Source: Eledone cirrhosa
Taxonomy: Eukaryota
DNA: 64,000 nt
Reading direction: 5' to 3'
Assembly: GCA_964016885.1 (NCBI GenBank)
Contig: OZ024749.1
Location: 20,770,001-20,834,000, forward strand
The notes under the pieces were generated by a model. The model had not been told where the DNA came from and searched no databases. It worked only from the letters and a program-made list of their open reading frames with translations. This document shows positions 1 to 14,841 of this stretch, in pieces. A program made the position numbers and the translations under genes. The first letter of the stretch is position 1, and every line of letters starts with the position of its first letter.

Positions 1-994
1 CAGGTATGAGTTCATTCACAATTGATTAATCCTTTATGCAATATTCTCCCTTAATGTTAGCAAGTACTGCGTTTATCCTAACTGTCACCACTTTTAAGCA
101 ACTACAACATTCTAATCGTAGTTATATTAAATTTATTGTCTTACCTTGATTCCCTTTTGTTCATGTTAGACTTTTCTCATTTACTATTGACACTGCCATT
201 GGCTTAGCTAACCAGTAGAATTAATTAATTTTCTCTAGGAAACACCTGCTGAGCGCGAATCTCGACTCGCTGATAGACGTCTTTCCCGGCTGGTTGAGTC
301 ACCAACATCACGTACGACAAGGCTTGCTGATGTTCGCCTTCGTCGCCAACAAGCGCTGAAGCGCTGACGGAGGAATCACCAACATCCCGTCAGACGAGGC
401 TTGAGGCTGTGGCAAAGGGCAATAACCCTAGATACAATTTTGATCAACTTTTTTTCACCTATAGCAAATTTACCGGGACAGGTTTTTAGCTACTCAAATC
501 TACTTCAGAGATCACGCATTGATGTAAAAAATCAATAAAACTGAAGCGGGGCTCGACTTTGCGCAAAAAAACAAGGCAAAGTTACACATGGGAAAACTTT
601 TTACAGGAACGTCCTATATTCTTGAAAACTGTCACAAAAGACTCGCCATTATGCCGCGGTTAAGATAAAGGCCCTTTTAATTCTTCTTCTGCACATGTGA
701 GCGCAAAAATTGTAAAAAAAAAAAGCCCTGAAAGTAATCGACATTTTCACCCTGCTTTAAATTAACTGAACATTCAATATCAAGCGATTTTGACTTCCAT
801 CAGTCGTGCAGAGAACAATTTCAACGATACACTGTGTAACTACAATTAATAAATTACACACCTGTGTCTACTAACCTATTTTTTTTCATTGAAGTTCGAA
901 GTTTTGAACCTGTGATGCGCGGGAAGTAACTTTCACACATTCTAACAGACCAAAGGTCGACTTACACCCGGGAAACGCCGGGTACTTCTGCTAG
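1..994 (+). mobile_element. 3' part of a non-autonomous Helitron carrying a relic STPR-repeat exon
   Basis: Hairpin CCCGG-gaaacg-CCGGG (967-982), then CTAG (991-994), then T: a canonical Helitron 3' end. A GT..AG intron (4-238) precedes ETPAERESRL/ESPTSRTTRL/ESPTSRQTRL repeats (239-415) containing a frameshift and stop. Confidence 0.65.
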
Positions 995-1025
995 TATATA
1001 TATATATAGATAGATATATATTTAT

Positions 1026-1214
1026 ATATGAAAGAGCCGGGATCCCGACGGCTGATCTCTTGCCGTTTCAACAATTTGTTCCAACTATCTGTTGAAACGG
1101 CAAGAGCTCAGCCGTCGGGGGTCCCGACTCTTTCATATTACCACATTGTACTACCCCAAGTATCGAGTACTCTGGTGAGTAATGGACTAACAAGTTTTTA
1201 CTGCATCTATTTTG

Positions 1215-1220
<6 letters not shown>
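1026..1220 (+). mobile_element. Fold-back PLE-type module with hammerhead 3' half (family F1 variant)
   Basis: Inverted arms 1026-1073/1090-1138; GAAA-CGGC..GCCG-UC-GGGG at 1094-1120; flanked by (TA)n. Confidence 0.65.
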
Positions 1221-1283
<63 letters not shown>

Positions 1284-1288
<5 letters not shown>

Positions 1289-1477
1289 AACGAATAGGAC
1301 CCCGACGACTGAGCTCAAGCCGTTTCGACGGCTAATTCTGGACCCAGAATTAGCCGTCGAAACGGCTTGAGCTCAGCCGTCGGGGTCCTACTCGTTCCTA
1401 TTACCCACTCTACTACCCTAAGTATTGAGTACTTTGGTGCGTTATGGTCCACCTGGTTCCTTACCACATTTCCTTCG

Positions 1478-1480
<3 letters not shown>
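1284..1480 (+). mobile_element. Fold-back PLE-type module with hammerhead 3' half (family F1)
   Basis: Palindrome 1284-1401 centred at ~1342; GAAA-CGGCU-ugagcuc-AGCCG-UC at 1359-1381; near-identical copy at 58275-58484; (TA)n on both sides. Confidence 0.7.
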
Positions 1481-1545
<65 letters not shown>

Positions 1546-1589
1546 AAGTTAAATAAAAGTCAAATGATTAAAATTTAGCTTCGTTTATT

Positions 1590-1644
1590 ACTGCTATATA
1601 TATTTCAGTCACAGCCATCTTTGGCTGTGACCTCTTCAGGCAGT
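1590..1644 (-). ncRNA. Type I hammerhead ribozyme (minimal, PLE-type)
   Basis: Minus strand reads ACUGC-CUGAAGA-gGUCACAGCC aaagau GGCUGUGACu-GAAA-uauaua-UA-GCAGU; stems I and II pair and the core is intact. Confidence 0.85.
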
Positions 1645-1672
1645 TTGAATTAGTATGGTATAGACAAGTACA

Positions 1673-1850
1673 TATGTTTTTTAGGTGTATAATATTGTCA
1701 ATACTCTGATATGCCCAGTTCCTTGTTGGGTTGTTATTTCACTGAGGAACTGGAGTCATATCATATGACTCCAGTTCCTCAGTGAAATAACAACCCAACA
1801 AGGAACTGGGTATATCAGAGTATTGACAATATTATACACCTAAACAACAT
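1673..1850. repeat. Near-perfect inverted repeat (~87 bp arms) at the 5' side of the hammerhead module
   Basis: Centre is GAGTCATAT-C-ATATGACTC at ~1762. Confidence 0.85.
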
Positions 1851-2214
1851 AACGAATTTTTCAGTATAACGAATTTAATATTATGAGTATGTGTATATAC
1901 GAAAAGGTTTGTTCCCTATTCCTGAAACAATGTGTGTGCGTGTGGTGGTGGTGGTGGGAGGGGGGATACTTGTCCAGTGGTACCCCCTGAAACAAGGCCC
2001 TTGCTAATACCTATCAACCTGGATGTCCCTCCCGTTCGATGAAAGAAGGAAGTGGGGCTCGAGAGAATGTCTGCGTCTGCTGGAGTTTGCAAAGGTAGTT
2101 AAATGGTGACAACGAAAGTATGGTACATGCTTTCCATGTCATACCCGATTGGCGGCTGTTGTATGTTTCACTCTTACGAACTGTGAAGCACTCATAGCAA
2201 AATATTATTTAAAA

Positions 2215-2390
2215 CAGTATCGGTAGAGGGTCGGACGCCATGCTTTGCAGCACAGTTACGTCCCTTTACGGACTGAGTTCAAATCTCGCCGAGGTTAACT
2301 TTGCCTTTCATCCTTACGGGGTCGATAAAATAAAGTACCAGTAATACACTGGGATAATTGCTGGCCTTGTACCAAAAGTAGAAACAATTA
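2215..2390 (+). mobile_element. tRNA-derived SINE, most abundant family in the window
   Basis: B-box GAGTTCAAATC followed by the central GCCTTTCATCCTTACGGGGTCGATAAAATAAAGTACCAG motif (Meta-domain-like); many copies in the window. Confidence 0.8.
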
Positions 2391-2532
2391 TTTAAAATTG
2401 ATAAAACAAGAAACCCCAGATAAAAGTAGAACACGCTTGTGTATTGACTATAACATGTGTAGAAAGGAACAGTCTTACCACTATATATATATACAAATGT
2501 ACTAATACATACATACGTATACACACACACAC

Positions 2533-2585
<53 letters not shown>

Positions 2586-3088
2586 AATATATATATATAA
2601 ATATATATATATACACACATACTCATAATATTATATTATAACATTAAATCATAAATTTTTTAACACTACAAGTGAAGTCATTCTTTTCCTTTTTTCAAAT
2701 ATATATGTATGTATATATATATGTATATCTATATATAAACATATATATATATATAAACATATATATATATAAACATATATATATATATAAACATTTATAT
2801 ATATATATATATGTATGTATATACACATGTATGTATATATACATACATGCATATACATACATGCATATACATACATACATATATATATATATGCATACGT
2901 ATATATGTAGACATATAGACACACATATAGCCACACACACACACACTATCATATTACACAACATTATGCTTTCTTCCCCACGATTCGCTCAGACTAGCAG
3001 ACAAGGATTTTCACACCGTTGACCCACATTCTTGACTGTGGTGGGGTATATAAGTGTGTGTGTATATATATATGTGTGTGTGTGTGTT

Positions 3089-3160
<72 letters not shown>

Positions 3161-3373
3161 GGTGTGGGTGTGTACGTGGATATGTTGTGTGTGACGGTGT
3201 CCATGTATCTGTGTGTCTGAGTGGGTGCGTATGTGTGCCTATGTATTTATGGGTGTGTCCGTGTGTGCGTGTGTATGTGTGTGCCCGCGTATCTGCCTGT
3301 GTGTGCGTCTGACTGTGTGTGTGTGTGTGTGTCTGTCTGTTCGTCAGTATGTCAGTAAAGGGCGAGTGACGCT

Positions 3374-4069
3374 GTGAGTGCCAAAAGAGGATACATCACG
3401 AACGAGATCGCGCGAATCAAAAACAGATGCAGCGATCCCGCGAGTGGTGTCACTCATAACAAGCGATTCCTCGAGGTACTGGAGGCGAACGGGTACCCTA
3501 CCTCAATCACAGACAGAATAGGAGACACCAGACGCAAGAGACAGAGAGGCACCGAAGGCAAGTGCTTCCTTAAAATGCCACACCTGGGCGAGAATACCAC
3601 CAACGCTATCCGCAAGGCTATACGGAGGGAGGGCCTCGACATCCACCTGGCCCACTCGGGCCCCTCCCTGCGAAGATGCCTCTCCAGGAAACCCAGGAAA
3701 TCTACTGACGCATGCTCCCTCAGAGACTGCCCGATACGCCATGTGAACTGTTGCCTACGCACATACGTCGTGTATAAGATAGAATGTGACAGGTGCAACC
3801 AATACTACATAGGTAGCACAATCCGACCTTTGCACATCCGGATCAAGGAACACACTAAAACCAGGGCCTCGTCTTTCCGGAAACACATAGACAAATGCGG
3901 AAACAAAGACGGAAGGCCCATTGTCACAATTCTAGCGACTGAAAGAAACGTCGGCACGTTACGTATCAAGGAAGCGCTTTTTATCAAACGCCTGCAACCG
4001 CAAATAAACAACCGATCAGAGAGAAGCGAAATGAGATGGCTGGTTTAAGCTAACAAACGATGCAGCAAC

Positions 4070-4100
<31 letters not shown>

Positions 4101-4560
4101 AACGAGACAACTACACACACACACGCACACACACACACACACACAGTAGCATTCCACCATACGAACATACTACACTGCCAATACAGAGGAACAAGGCAAC
4201 AACACACGCACACACACACACACTCAAGCGAGACAACAACACACGCACACACACACACACAGTAACATTTAACAAACAGGCAGAGAATGGACTGACAGCT
4301 AGCGCCACCCCACTCCCTCATTCGGCTGCTGACCTCTGCCCGACAGACCCCATTTCACGCGCACGCGCGCTCTGCTGAATACCTCAGATATTCAAAACAA
4401 CAAACAGCGGAGGACGCGTTTCGCACCTGTCCGACAGACAACCTTTCCCCCACCCCGGAAAAAACCCCCAGTTGTTGGATGTGAATCCGAAATATATAGG
4501 GACTATTAAATCTCTCCCAAGGTAACTCTCTCTCGTGTTGTTATTTTTATTTTATCCTTT
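3374..4560 (+). mobile_element. 5'-truncated Penelope-like element: RT C-terminus/linker plus GIY-YIG endonuclease (ORF 3374-4048) and 3' region
   Basis: CSLRDCPIRHVNCC-LRTYVVYKIECDRCNQYYIGSTIRPLHIRIKEH...KEALFIKRLQPQINN. A degenerate hammerhead (cagttgt-t-GGAT gtga ATCC-GAAA-tata-TA-ggg) lies at ~4465-4502. Confidence 0.85.
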
Positions 4561-4702
4561 ATACTCTTTCCTTCATTCTTCTACACATCTCATACACACC
4601 ACGCATCTCAACGTACACCCACTTACATCTCTCTCTCCACCACCGGATCTTGTTACCCGGAGATTTACCCATTTGCATTGTCAAGGCTTCCAAACGACTT
4701 AA

Positions 4703-4736
<34 letters not shown>

Positions 4737-5184
4737 AACATGAGAAGAATGAATACTGCGTAGTTGCACATGGGTTACATATGATAAAAATAGTCCTTCA
4801 TCAGTGATTTTCCAACCTTCATTGGTATTTCATCGCTTTAAAAATCATATACCTCCAGTTGGTGCGAGCAATAGCTAAATAAAGCTATTGGGACAAGTAA
4901 ATCGCGTAAAGCGAGCGAGACAAGTAAACAAACATAGAAGGATAGCAACGCAAAGATAGGAAAAAACAAGCACATGGGAGTCCGATCAGCTTAAATTGTG
5001 TGGATTTCATGGGCGAGAGAGACAGCAGACCGTCCGACGCGAGTGAGGTGTGAGCAAGAAAGGACCCCACTTCAGGCCAAACGGGAGGAAGTGAGAAGGG
5101 GAGAAGCAGAGAGTGAGTGAGTGGAAGTGCGAGGAAGAGGCCAGTCGAGAGAAATTGTAACTGACAGAGGGGGCGAAAGAAGGT

Positions 5185-5434
5185 ATATAAAATCAAGGTT
5201 TAGCAAATAGAGAAAAAGTTCGCTGTACTTACTATATGTACCCTTACCGCGCGGTTTCAAATCCCAAAATAAATGGATAATCCAGGCGGATTCTCGCCAA
5301 TGGTGGTCCGCCTGGATTATCCATTTATTTTGGGATTTGAAACCGCGCGGTAAGGGTACACATAGTAAGTACAGCGAACTTTTAAAAATTTATTTTAAAA
5401 CTTTTACTCTATTTGCTAAACCATGATTTTATAT
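5185..5434 (+). mobile_element. Fold-back module with hammerhead 3' half
   Basis: Arms of ~105 bp around 5291-5306; GAAA-CCGCGCGG-UA-AGGGUAC from 5339; no CUGANGA. Confidence 0.65.
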
Positions 5435-5601
5435 GTTCTGGCTCGTTAATTTATTAACCTGCCATAGAACCACATTGGCATACGGTTGGATAATACTTGT
5501 ATCCCTATATGTATTTTTTACACGTAGGAACACATACTTTATTATATATATATATATACAATATATTAACAAATGGAAACTATATTTATAAAACCATATT
5601 T

Positions 5602-5657
5602 ATTTCATTATACATATTTCAAGGGGCAAACTATGGTGCGCTTTCATCAGATAAAAT
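5602..5657 (-). ncRNA. Hammerhead ribozyme, same family as 7596-7658, with degenerate stem II
   Basis: Minus strand reads uuuuau-CUGAUGA-aagcgcacc..cuu-GAAA-uaugua-UA-augaaau. Confidence 0.6.
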
Positions 5658-5929
5658 ATAATATAGGTTAGTTTTATAAATAAATATTGACATACCCTTT
5701 ATATCAGTTATAAAAATATTTTGCTTGTTGTATCCCAATAAATTAAATATAACCTCTACATATATATATATATATATATATTTGTTTTGCGAGGTTTTTG
5801 ATATGAAATCGTGTGTCGAAACAAATATTGTTATACTTGGAGAGGATCATATTGTTGTAATAATATTGCCAGAATTAATTACAGAAAAGATGGCGTAGAT
5901 ATGCAATACAACGGGAGGAACATAATAGC

Positions 5930-5972
5930 ACCACTGACGATGTTGCAGATGTACAACGAAAGAACTTTGTTA
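5930..5972 (+). ncRNA. Hammerhead-like core within a PLE-end module (5780-6146)
   Basis: CUGACGA-u-GUUG..CAAC-GAAA-gaac-UU with weak stem I. The module has 38-bp inverted pieces (5849-5886/6109-6146) and similarity to the PLE terminus at 11230. Confidence 0.55.
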
Positions 5973-6476
5973 GACTATATATATGTGTTTGTGTCTATAT
6001 TATATCTGTATTTTTTACCGCTAGTCAGTCAATGGTAAACATTGAGGACTGGATGAATTAACTGTTATAAAAGATACAGAAGAGAAAACCAACCAAACAG
6101 TGAGTGTGTTCTGTTATTAATTCTGGCAATATTATTACAACAATATATATATATAAAGAGACGGAGAAAGTTGCTAGCTGCCAATGTAGAGAATCGAACA
6201 GTAGCGTTCGAGATTTTCTTCATTTTTTAAAATGCTTCAGCCCACTCTTCTTCTTCTTGTATCTATCTATCTATCTTCGTACTCCTGGAGATGAGGGTTG
6301 CACATTTTTTCGGGGGTATGTGTTACCCATATGAAATGTCTCCCCCTATTGGGGAAAATCGATTAATTTTTAAATTGCATTTGTGATAGTATTTTACACG
6401 TTTTTATTGTATGTAAACTTCCCCCTTTGTATTTGTCCCCTTCTTTTGTGCCCCTGTGGCAACCTCGTATAAATAA

Positions 6477-6513
6477 CTACAGTCCTCCGCTCTACCAACT
6501 GAGCTATCGGATG
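6477..6513 (-). pseudogene. tRNA-Tyr(GUA) 5'-half fragment
   Basis: Minus strand CCGATAGCTCAGTTGGTAGAGCGGAGGACTGTAG matches the eukaryotic tRNA-Tyr 5' exon; no T-arm follows. Confidence 0.7.
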
Positions 6514-6647
6514 ACTTGCTGTTTACCACCGTATTTAACATTGAATGTGTGAATTAGGAAAGTGTGAATGAAATTGGATTTCATTATTTCAGTTTAACCT
6601 TGATTAAGAATATATTTGTTAATTAATAAATATATATATATCACAGT

Positions 6648-6770
6648 GAAGGCGTGTGGCTGAGTGGTTAGAGAATTGGATTCGCAATCGTAAGGTTGTG
6701 AGTTCGATTCCTGGACCAGGCGATGCGTTATGTCCTTGAGCAAGACACTTTATTTCACGTTGCTCCTTCT
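6648..6770 (+). mobile_element. tRNA-derived SINE, second family
   Basis: A-box TGGCTGAGTGG, B-box GAGTTCGATTCC, then CCTTGAGCAAGACACTT; related copies at 22847-23105 (+) and ~49000-49280 (-). Confidence 0.75.
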
Positions 6771-6872
6771 ACCTGGAGTTGCGACCGATAGATAGTATTA
6801 GCAATTGGAAAGACCAACGGAAACATTGTTCCCTCGGTCCGATTTGACGAAAGTCGATCGTTCCTTAAATAT

Positions 6873-7185
6873 ATATCACAGAAAAAAAAGAGAATCAGTG
6901 TTGCGACGAATGGAATTTATTGGACATATTACAATCGTTTCTCTGTCTCTGGCGACCAGCTCGAGGCACGATCGATGTGATGATCAAACCAAGGTCCTCA
7001 GATACGTCTTGATTCTACGAAGCAGATTTTCGTAGAATCAAGACGTACCTGAGGAACTTGCGATTTTCAGAGTCAGGTTCGATCATCACATCGATCGTGC
7101 CTCGAGCTGGTCGCCAGAGAAACGATTGTAATATTCCAATAAATTCCATTCGTCGCAACACTGATTCTCTTTTTTTCTGTGATAT
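6873..7185 (+). mobile_element. Fold-back module with hammerhead 3' half (family F2)
   Basis: 313-bp hairpin with an asymmetric internal bulge; GAAA-CGAUUG-UA at 7119; diverged homologue at 58939-59202. Confidence 0.7.
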
Positions 7186-7386
7186 CATACTCTGCTCTAT
7201 GAGAGCATCGAGTGCTCATACGGCCTACCGCATACGGACACTCTAAGCATCCAACACCAATTGTATATATACAGTATATATATATGTAGAAGTTCTATTT
7301 AAATTGTTGGGATACAACAAGCAAATATTTTTATAACTGATATAAAGCACTCAACAAATTATTGGAGTAAAAATACGATATATTAT

Positions 7387-7690
7387 CAAATGGAAACTAT
7401 ATTTATAAAACCATATTTATTTCATTATACATATTTCAAGGACACCAAGTTAAATTATGGTGTGCTTTCATCAGATAAAATATAATATAGATCAGTTTTA
7501 TAAATAAATATTGACATACCCTGGAGCTTCCAACAGAAATGGTCGCATTCTTTAAGGGTATGTCAATATTTATTTATAAAACTGATCTATATTATATTTT
7601 ATCTGATGAAAGCACACCATAATTTAACTTGGTGTCCTTGAAATATATATAATGAAATAAATATGGTTTTATAAATATAGTTTCCATTTG
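7387..7690. mobile_element. Inverted-repeat module with a complete hammerhead in each arm
   Basis: Arms 7387-7522 and 7555-7690; hammerheads at 7419-7481 (-) and 7596-7658 (+). Confidence 0.75.
7596..7658 (+). ncRNA. Type I hammerhead ribozyme
   Basis: uuuau-CUGAUGA-aagcACACCA..UGGUGUccuu-GAAA-uauaua-UA-augaa. Confidence 0.75.
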
Positions 7691-7700
7691 TTAATATATC

Positions 7701-7739
<39 letters not shown>

Positions 7740-7819
7740 TATTTGGTAGTAACATGTGCTTACGTCGTATTTGACTAAATAGAATTTGTCTTTGCTGAGA
7801 TTTAAAAAAACCCTCTGAA

Positions 7820-7950
7820 TGGAAAAGGATGAGTATTGACGTACATAGGATACGAACCAACATCTTTGGTTGACCGGACCAATGTGCAGTCCGGTCAACC
7901 AAAGATGTTGGTTCGTATCCTATGTACGTCAATACTCATCCTTTTTTCCA
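7820..7950. repeat. Inverted repeat with ~58 bp arms between (TA)n tracts
   Basis: AAAAGGATGAGTATTGACG...GACCGGAC caatgtgca GTCCGGTC...CGTCAATACTCATCCTTTT. Confidence 0.85.
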
Positions 7951-7976
7951 TTGTCTCTGTCCTATGCGGCCCTACT

Positions 7977-8085
<109 letters not shown>

Positions 8086-8199
8086 ATTGAGTCCAGAACA
8101 GACTATATTTACATAATACTAAAATATGGCCGCAGTCCAATATAGGTCGTTACTATGGTTACAAGAGAGATAAAGTAATATACATTTCTTTATTGGTAG

Positions 8200-9835
8200 A
8201 TAAAGTAATAAAGACAGACAGACAGACAAATAGAAAAATAGAGACTGGCTGACAGAGAGATAACTAAATAAATAGATAGACATACATATATTTACAGAAA
8301 GAGAGGGAGAGAGAGAGAGAGAGAGAGAGATAGAGGGAGAGGGAGAGAGGAAGAGAGAGAGAGGAGGAGGGAGAGAGAGGAAGAGAGAGAGAAAGCGGGA
8401 GAAAGGGTGGAGCGAAAAAGGCAGAGAGATAAAGAGAGGGTTGAGAGAGAGAGGAAAGGTGAGGGGAGGAGATGGGGACGGGAGAGTGACCGAGAGACAG
8501 ATAAATAGATAGATAGACATACATATATTTACAGAGAGAGGGAGAGGGAGAGAGAAAGGCAGAGAGGTAGAGAGAGGGTTGAGAGAGAGGAAAGGTGAGT
8601 GGAGGAGATGATAGACATACATATATTTACAGAGAGAGAGAGGGAGAGAGAGAGAAAGGCAGAGAGTGAGAGAGAGTGAGAGAGAGAGAGAAAGGCAGAG
8701 GGATAGAGAGAGGCGGGCGTGAGGGGGGGGGGTTGTGACGAGAGGAGGGAGGGTGAAAGGGAGAGACTGACTGAGAGAGAGAGAGAGAGAGAGAGAAATA
8801 AACAGACATATAGATAGTTAGACATACATACATATATAGAGAGAGGGGTAGAGTGATAGAGAGAGGGTGGGGTGAGAAGAGGAGTCAGTGGAGGGGAGGG
8901 TGACAGAGAGACAGATAGATAGAGCAATAGATAGACAAACATACATATATCTAGAGAGAGAGAGAGTTAAAGAGAAAGAGAAAGAGAGAGGGGGGAGATA
9001 GAGAGGGAGGGGGAGGGGGAGAGGGAGGGAGGGAGGGAGGGGAGAAAGAAAGAAAGAAAGAAAAGGGTGGAACGAGAGAGGGTGAAGGGAGAGAAGGCGA
9101 GAGGGGTGGGGTGAAATGGGGCGGGGGGGGGGGGGGTTAGAGGGTGGTGAGAGGGGTGAGAGAGATTAAGTGGTAAAGATAAAAGCTTGTCTATAAATCC
9201 GCCATTGTTTAGTGAGATGTTTGTCAAAGAACAAGAAGCAACGGAGTGGATGTTAAGAAAGAGGTAATGTGTTATTGTTGTTCTGGTTGTAGTGGTGGTG
9301 GTGGTGTTGTAGTGGTGGTGGTGGTGATGGTGGTGTTGTGGTTCTAGTGGTAGTGATAGTGTTGGTGGTGTTGTTGTTGTGGTTGTAGTGGTAGTGGTAG
9401 TGTTGGTGTTGGTGTTGGTGTTGGTGGTGGTGTTGTTCTTATTGTGGTTGTAGTGGTGGTGATGGTGTTGTAGTGGTAGTGGTAGTGGTGGTGGTCTTGG
9501 TGGTGTTGTTGTTGTGGTGGTTGTAGTGGTAGTGGCAGTGGTAGTGTTGTTGTTTGTGGTGTTGGTGGTGGTGTTGTTCTTATTGTGGTTGTAGTGGTGG
9601 TGATGGTGTTGTAGTGGTAGTGGTAGTAGTGGTGGTGGTGTTGGTGGTGTTGTTGTAATTGTAGTGGTAGTGATAGTGGTGGTGTTGTTGTTGTTGTTGG
9701 TGGTGTTGGTAGTGGTGTTGGTGGTGGTGTTGTTGTGGTTGTAGTGGTGGTGATGGTGTTGTTGGTGGTGGTGTTGGTATTGGTGGTGGTTGTGGTAGTG
9801 GTGGAGGTGCTAATGGTGTAGTGGTGGTGGAGGAA
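8200..9835. repeat. GA-rich low-complexity tract followed by a (GTG/TTG/TAG)n tract
   Basis: Visible simple repeats. Confidence 0.9.
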
Positions 9836-9926
9836 GATAGATGTTAGTTGGTTGAAGTGTGATTGAGTACAGAATCCCTTAAAGTACATTTTGGATATGC
9901 ACACACAATAACTCGTATGTACATTA

Positions 9927-11211
9927 TCATAATCTATAAAGCTCAGTGTGTGGTTATGCTCCTTTCTTATAGAAATCTACGATATAGAATTTCTTCAATT
10001 GAAATTTACAATTCAGTATTCGAAATAGTTTCGATTGCGTCTTGGCACATCTCATTTTTTCAATTTCACCCACAATTACGCAAAAAATAGATAAAACTCA
10101 ATATTTTACGATTTTTCTCTGTCATTTAAACTGCTAAACTCTTTCCACTACCATTCAAAATCTATACAACTTCATACTTTCTGCTACTTTCGCTTTCCAA
10201 GCTTGATGGTGATACTGTCCGTATTACTCTGTCATATCATCTGCTTACCTCTATCTACAACCCACACATTTTGCTACTTTCAATTTTATACTTCAAATTA
10301 TTACATTTCATACGAAACGACAATTATTCAAAAGCAACAGATACATTTATTCAACAACAAGCGATAAATCTTTTTTAAAACCTCTTTTCCAAACGCATAC
10401 AAACACACACTCACTTCAACAACAACAACAACAATCTGCCTTTTATAGATAATGATAAACAATAATATCCTCTATGAGGTCACTAAACCTGCTAGAAACA
10501 GCAGCTAACTCTCCCCCATACCACACCCCTCCCTACTGTCTTAAATTTAGAAAACATATCTTCTATGAGGTCACTAAACCTGCTAGAAACAGCAACTAAC
10601 TCTCTCCCATATCACACCACTCCCTACTGTCTTAAATTTAGAAAACACATATCCTCTATGAGGTTACTAAACCTGCTAGAAACAGCAGCTAACTCTCCCC
10701 CATATCACACCCATCCCTACTGTCTTAAATTTAGAAAACATATCTTCTATGAGGTCACTAAACCTGCTAGAAACAGCAGCTAACTCTCCTCCATATCACA
10801 CCACTCCCTACTGTCTTAAATTTAGAAAACACATATCCTCTATGAAGTCACTAAACCTGCTAGAAACAACAGCTAACTCTCCCTCATATCACAACCCTCC
10901 CTACTGTCTTAAATTTAGAAAACACACAGACAACCATTCAGAACAACTCCATCGCAGTTCTGTTGTTCGGCTGGCATCGTCTACGCGCGTGTTGCGCAAG
11001 TACTGTGAAACAATAAATTTCAACACTTTTTTGCACAGAGATAATATCCATAGGCGAAACTACAATTGTCAATGCTGGCGCAGCTCCTGCTTCCAGGTCT
11101 GCAAGTCATTCACCCAATGCCTGGCAGACAAAATGTGCTGCCATAAAATGGGTGGTGCAACCTAACTTTGGTAACTTAATGACCCCGAGCAACGCCGGGC
11201 TTTAATGCTAG
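9927..11211 (+). mobile_element. Non-autonomous Helitron with an internal minisatellite
   Basis: 5' A|TCATAATCTATAAAGCTCAGTGTGTG; 3' hairpin CCCGA-gcaacg-CCGGG and CTAG|T at 11208-11212. The 5' boundary is less certain. Confidence 0.6.
10465..10925. repeat. ~92-bp tandem repeat, 5 copies
   Basis: Unit TCTATGAGGTCACTAAACCTGCTAGAAACAGC...TTAAATTTAGAAAACA. Confidence 0.95.
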
Positions 11212-11229
11212 TATATATATATATATATA

Positions 11230-13580
<2,351 letters not shown>

Positions 13581-13585
13581 ATGTT

Positions 13586-13669
<84 letters not shown>

Positions 13670-13692
13670 TATACACACACACACATATATAT

Positions 13693-13724
<32 letters not shown>

Positions 13725-13759
13725 TCACACACACATATATACACACATATATATATGTA

Positions 13760-13882
<123 letters not shown>

Positions 13883-14037
13883 GGGATAACAGATTATTTT
13901 TATAGGTATTGGTGATCAATTGACGCAGAAACAGGCGGGTAGCGATCTCTAAACCTACCAGTTCAGAGAAACAATTGTCAGCAACGTGTTTAAAGCCCTT
14001 ATTGTATAGCAAACCGTGTCACTCTTCTTTCTTGATT

Positions 14038-14085
<48 letters not shown>

Positions 14086-14089
<4 letters not shown>

Positions 14090-14380
14090 AAAAAAAGATG
14101 AAATCGAAAATGCAACTGGAGTCTTATTTTTTTTTAAATATATATATTTATTTGGTTCCTTTACCGGTTTCGCAGTTCTCCTGCTTTTCAAAAGGTGAGT
14201 TGAGATGAAGGGTCTGTGGTTTTTCTCACATCTGTGACAAAAACCACAGACCCTCCATCTCAACTCACCTTTTGAAAAGCAGGAGAACTGCGAAACCGGT
14301 AAAGGAACCAAATAAATATATATATTTTTTAAAAAAATAAGACTCCAGTTGCATTTTCGATTTCATCTCTTTTTCTTTAT
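14086..14380 (+). mobile_element. Fold-back module with hammerhead 3' half
   Basis: Arms of ~145 bp centred at ~14232; GAAA-CCGG-UA-AAGGAACC at 14292; (TA)n flanks. Confidence 0.7.
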
Positions 14381-14436
14381 ACTTTCACTCGTGTAGGAAA
14401 CCTCGGTTATTTTTCATTTTGTAAAAAAAACCTCTC

Positions 14437-14503
<67 letters not shown>

Positions 14504-14504
14504 G

Positions 14505-14579
<75 letters not shown>

Positions 14580-14841
14580 TATATATATAGATATATATAT
14601 AGATATATATACACACACACAGATATATATATATAAATATATATGTAGATAAATCTACCAAGAGTTTACGGTAGTGTCCAATCCGTATGAAGAACTCAAT
14701 GTAATCCGGATATCATGGAAAGAAGAGATGCATTCAAAAATCACTTTCGGTGAAAGATAAACGGAATACAGAGTCAAGATAAAATATTAAAAAAATAATG
14801 AATAAAACAATGAAACAGTTCCTTATATTAAACAAAAAAAG

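Noticed and set aside
6775-6866. GACGAAAGTC in a repeat shared with 28375-28468
   Set aside because: Looks like a GNRA-type hairpin with no hammerhead core; the repeat is unclassified.
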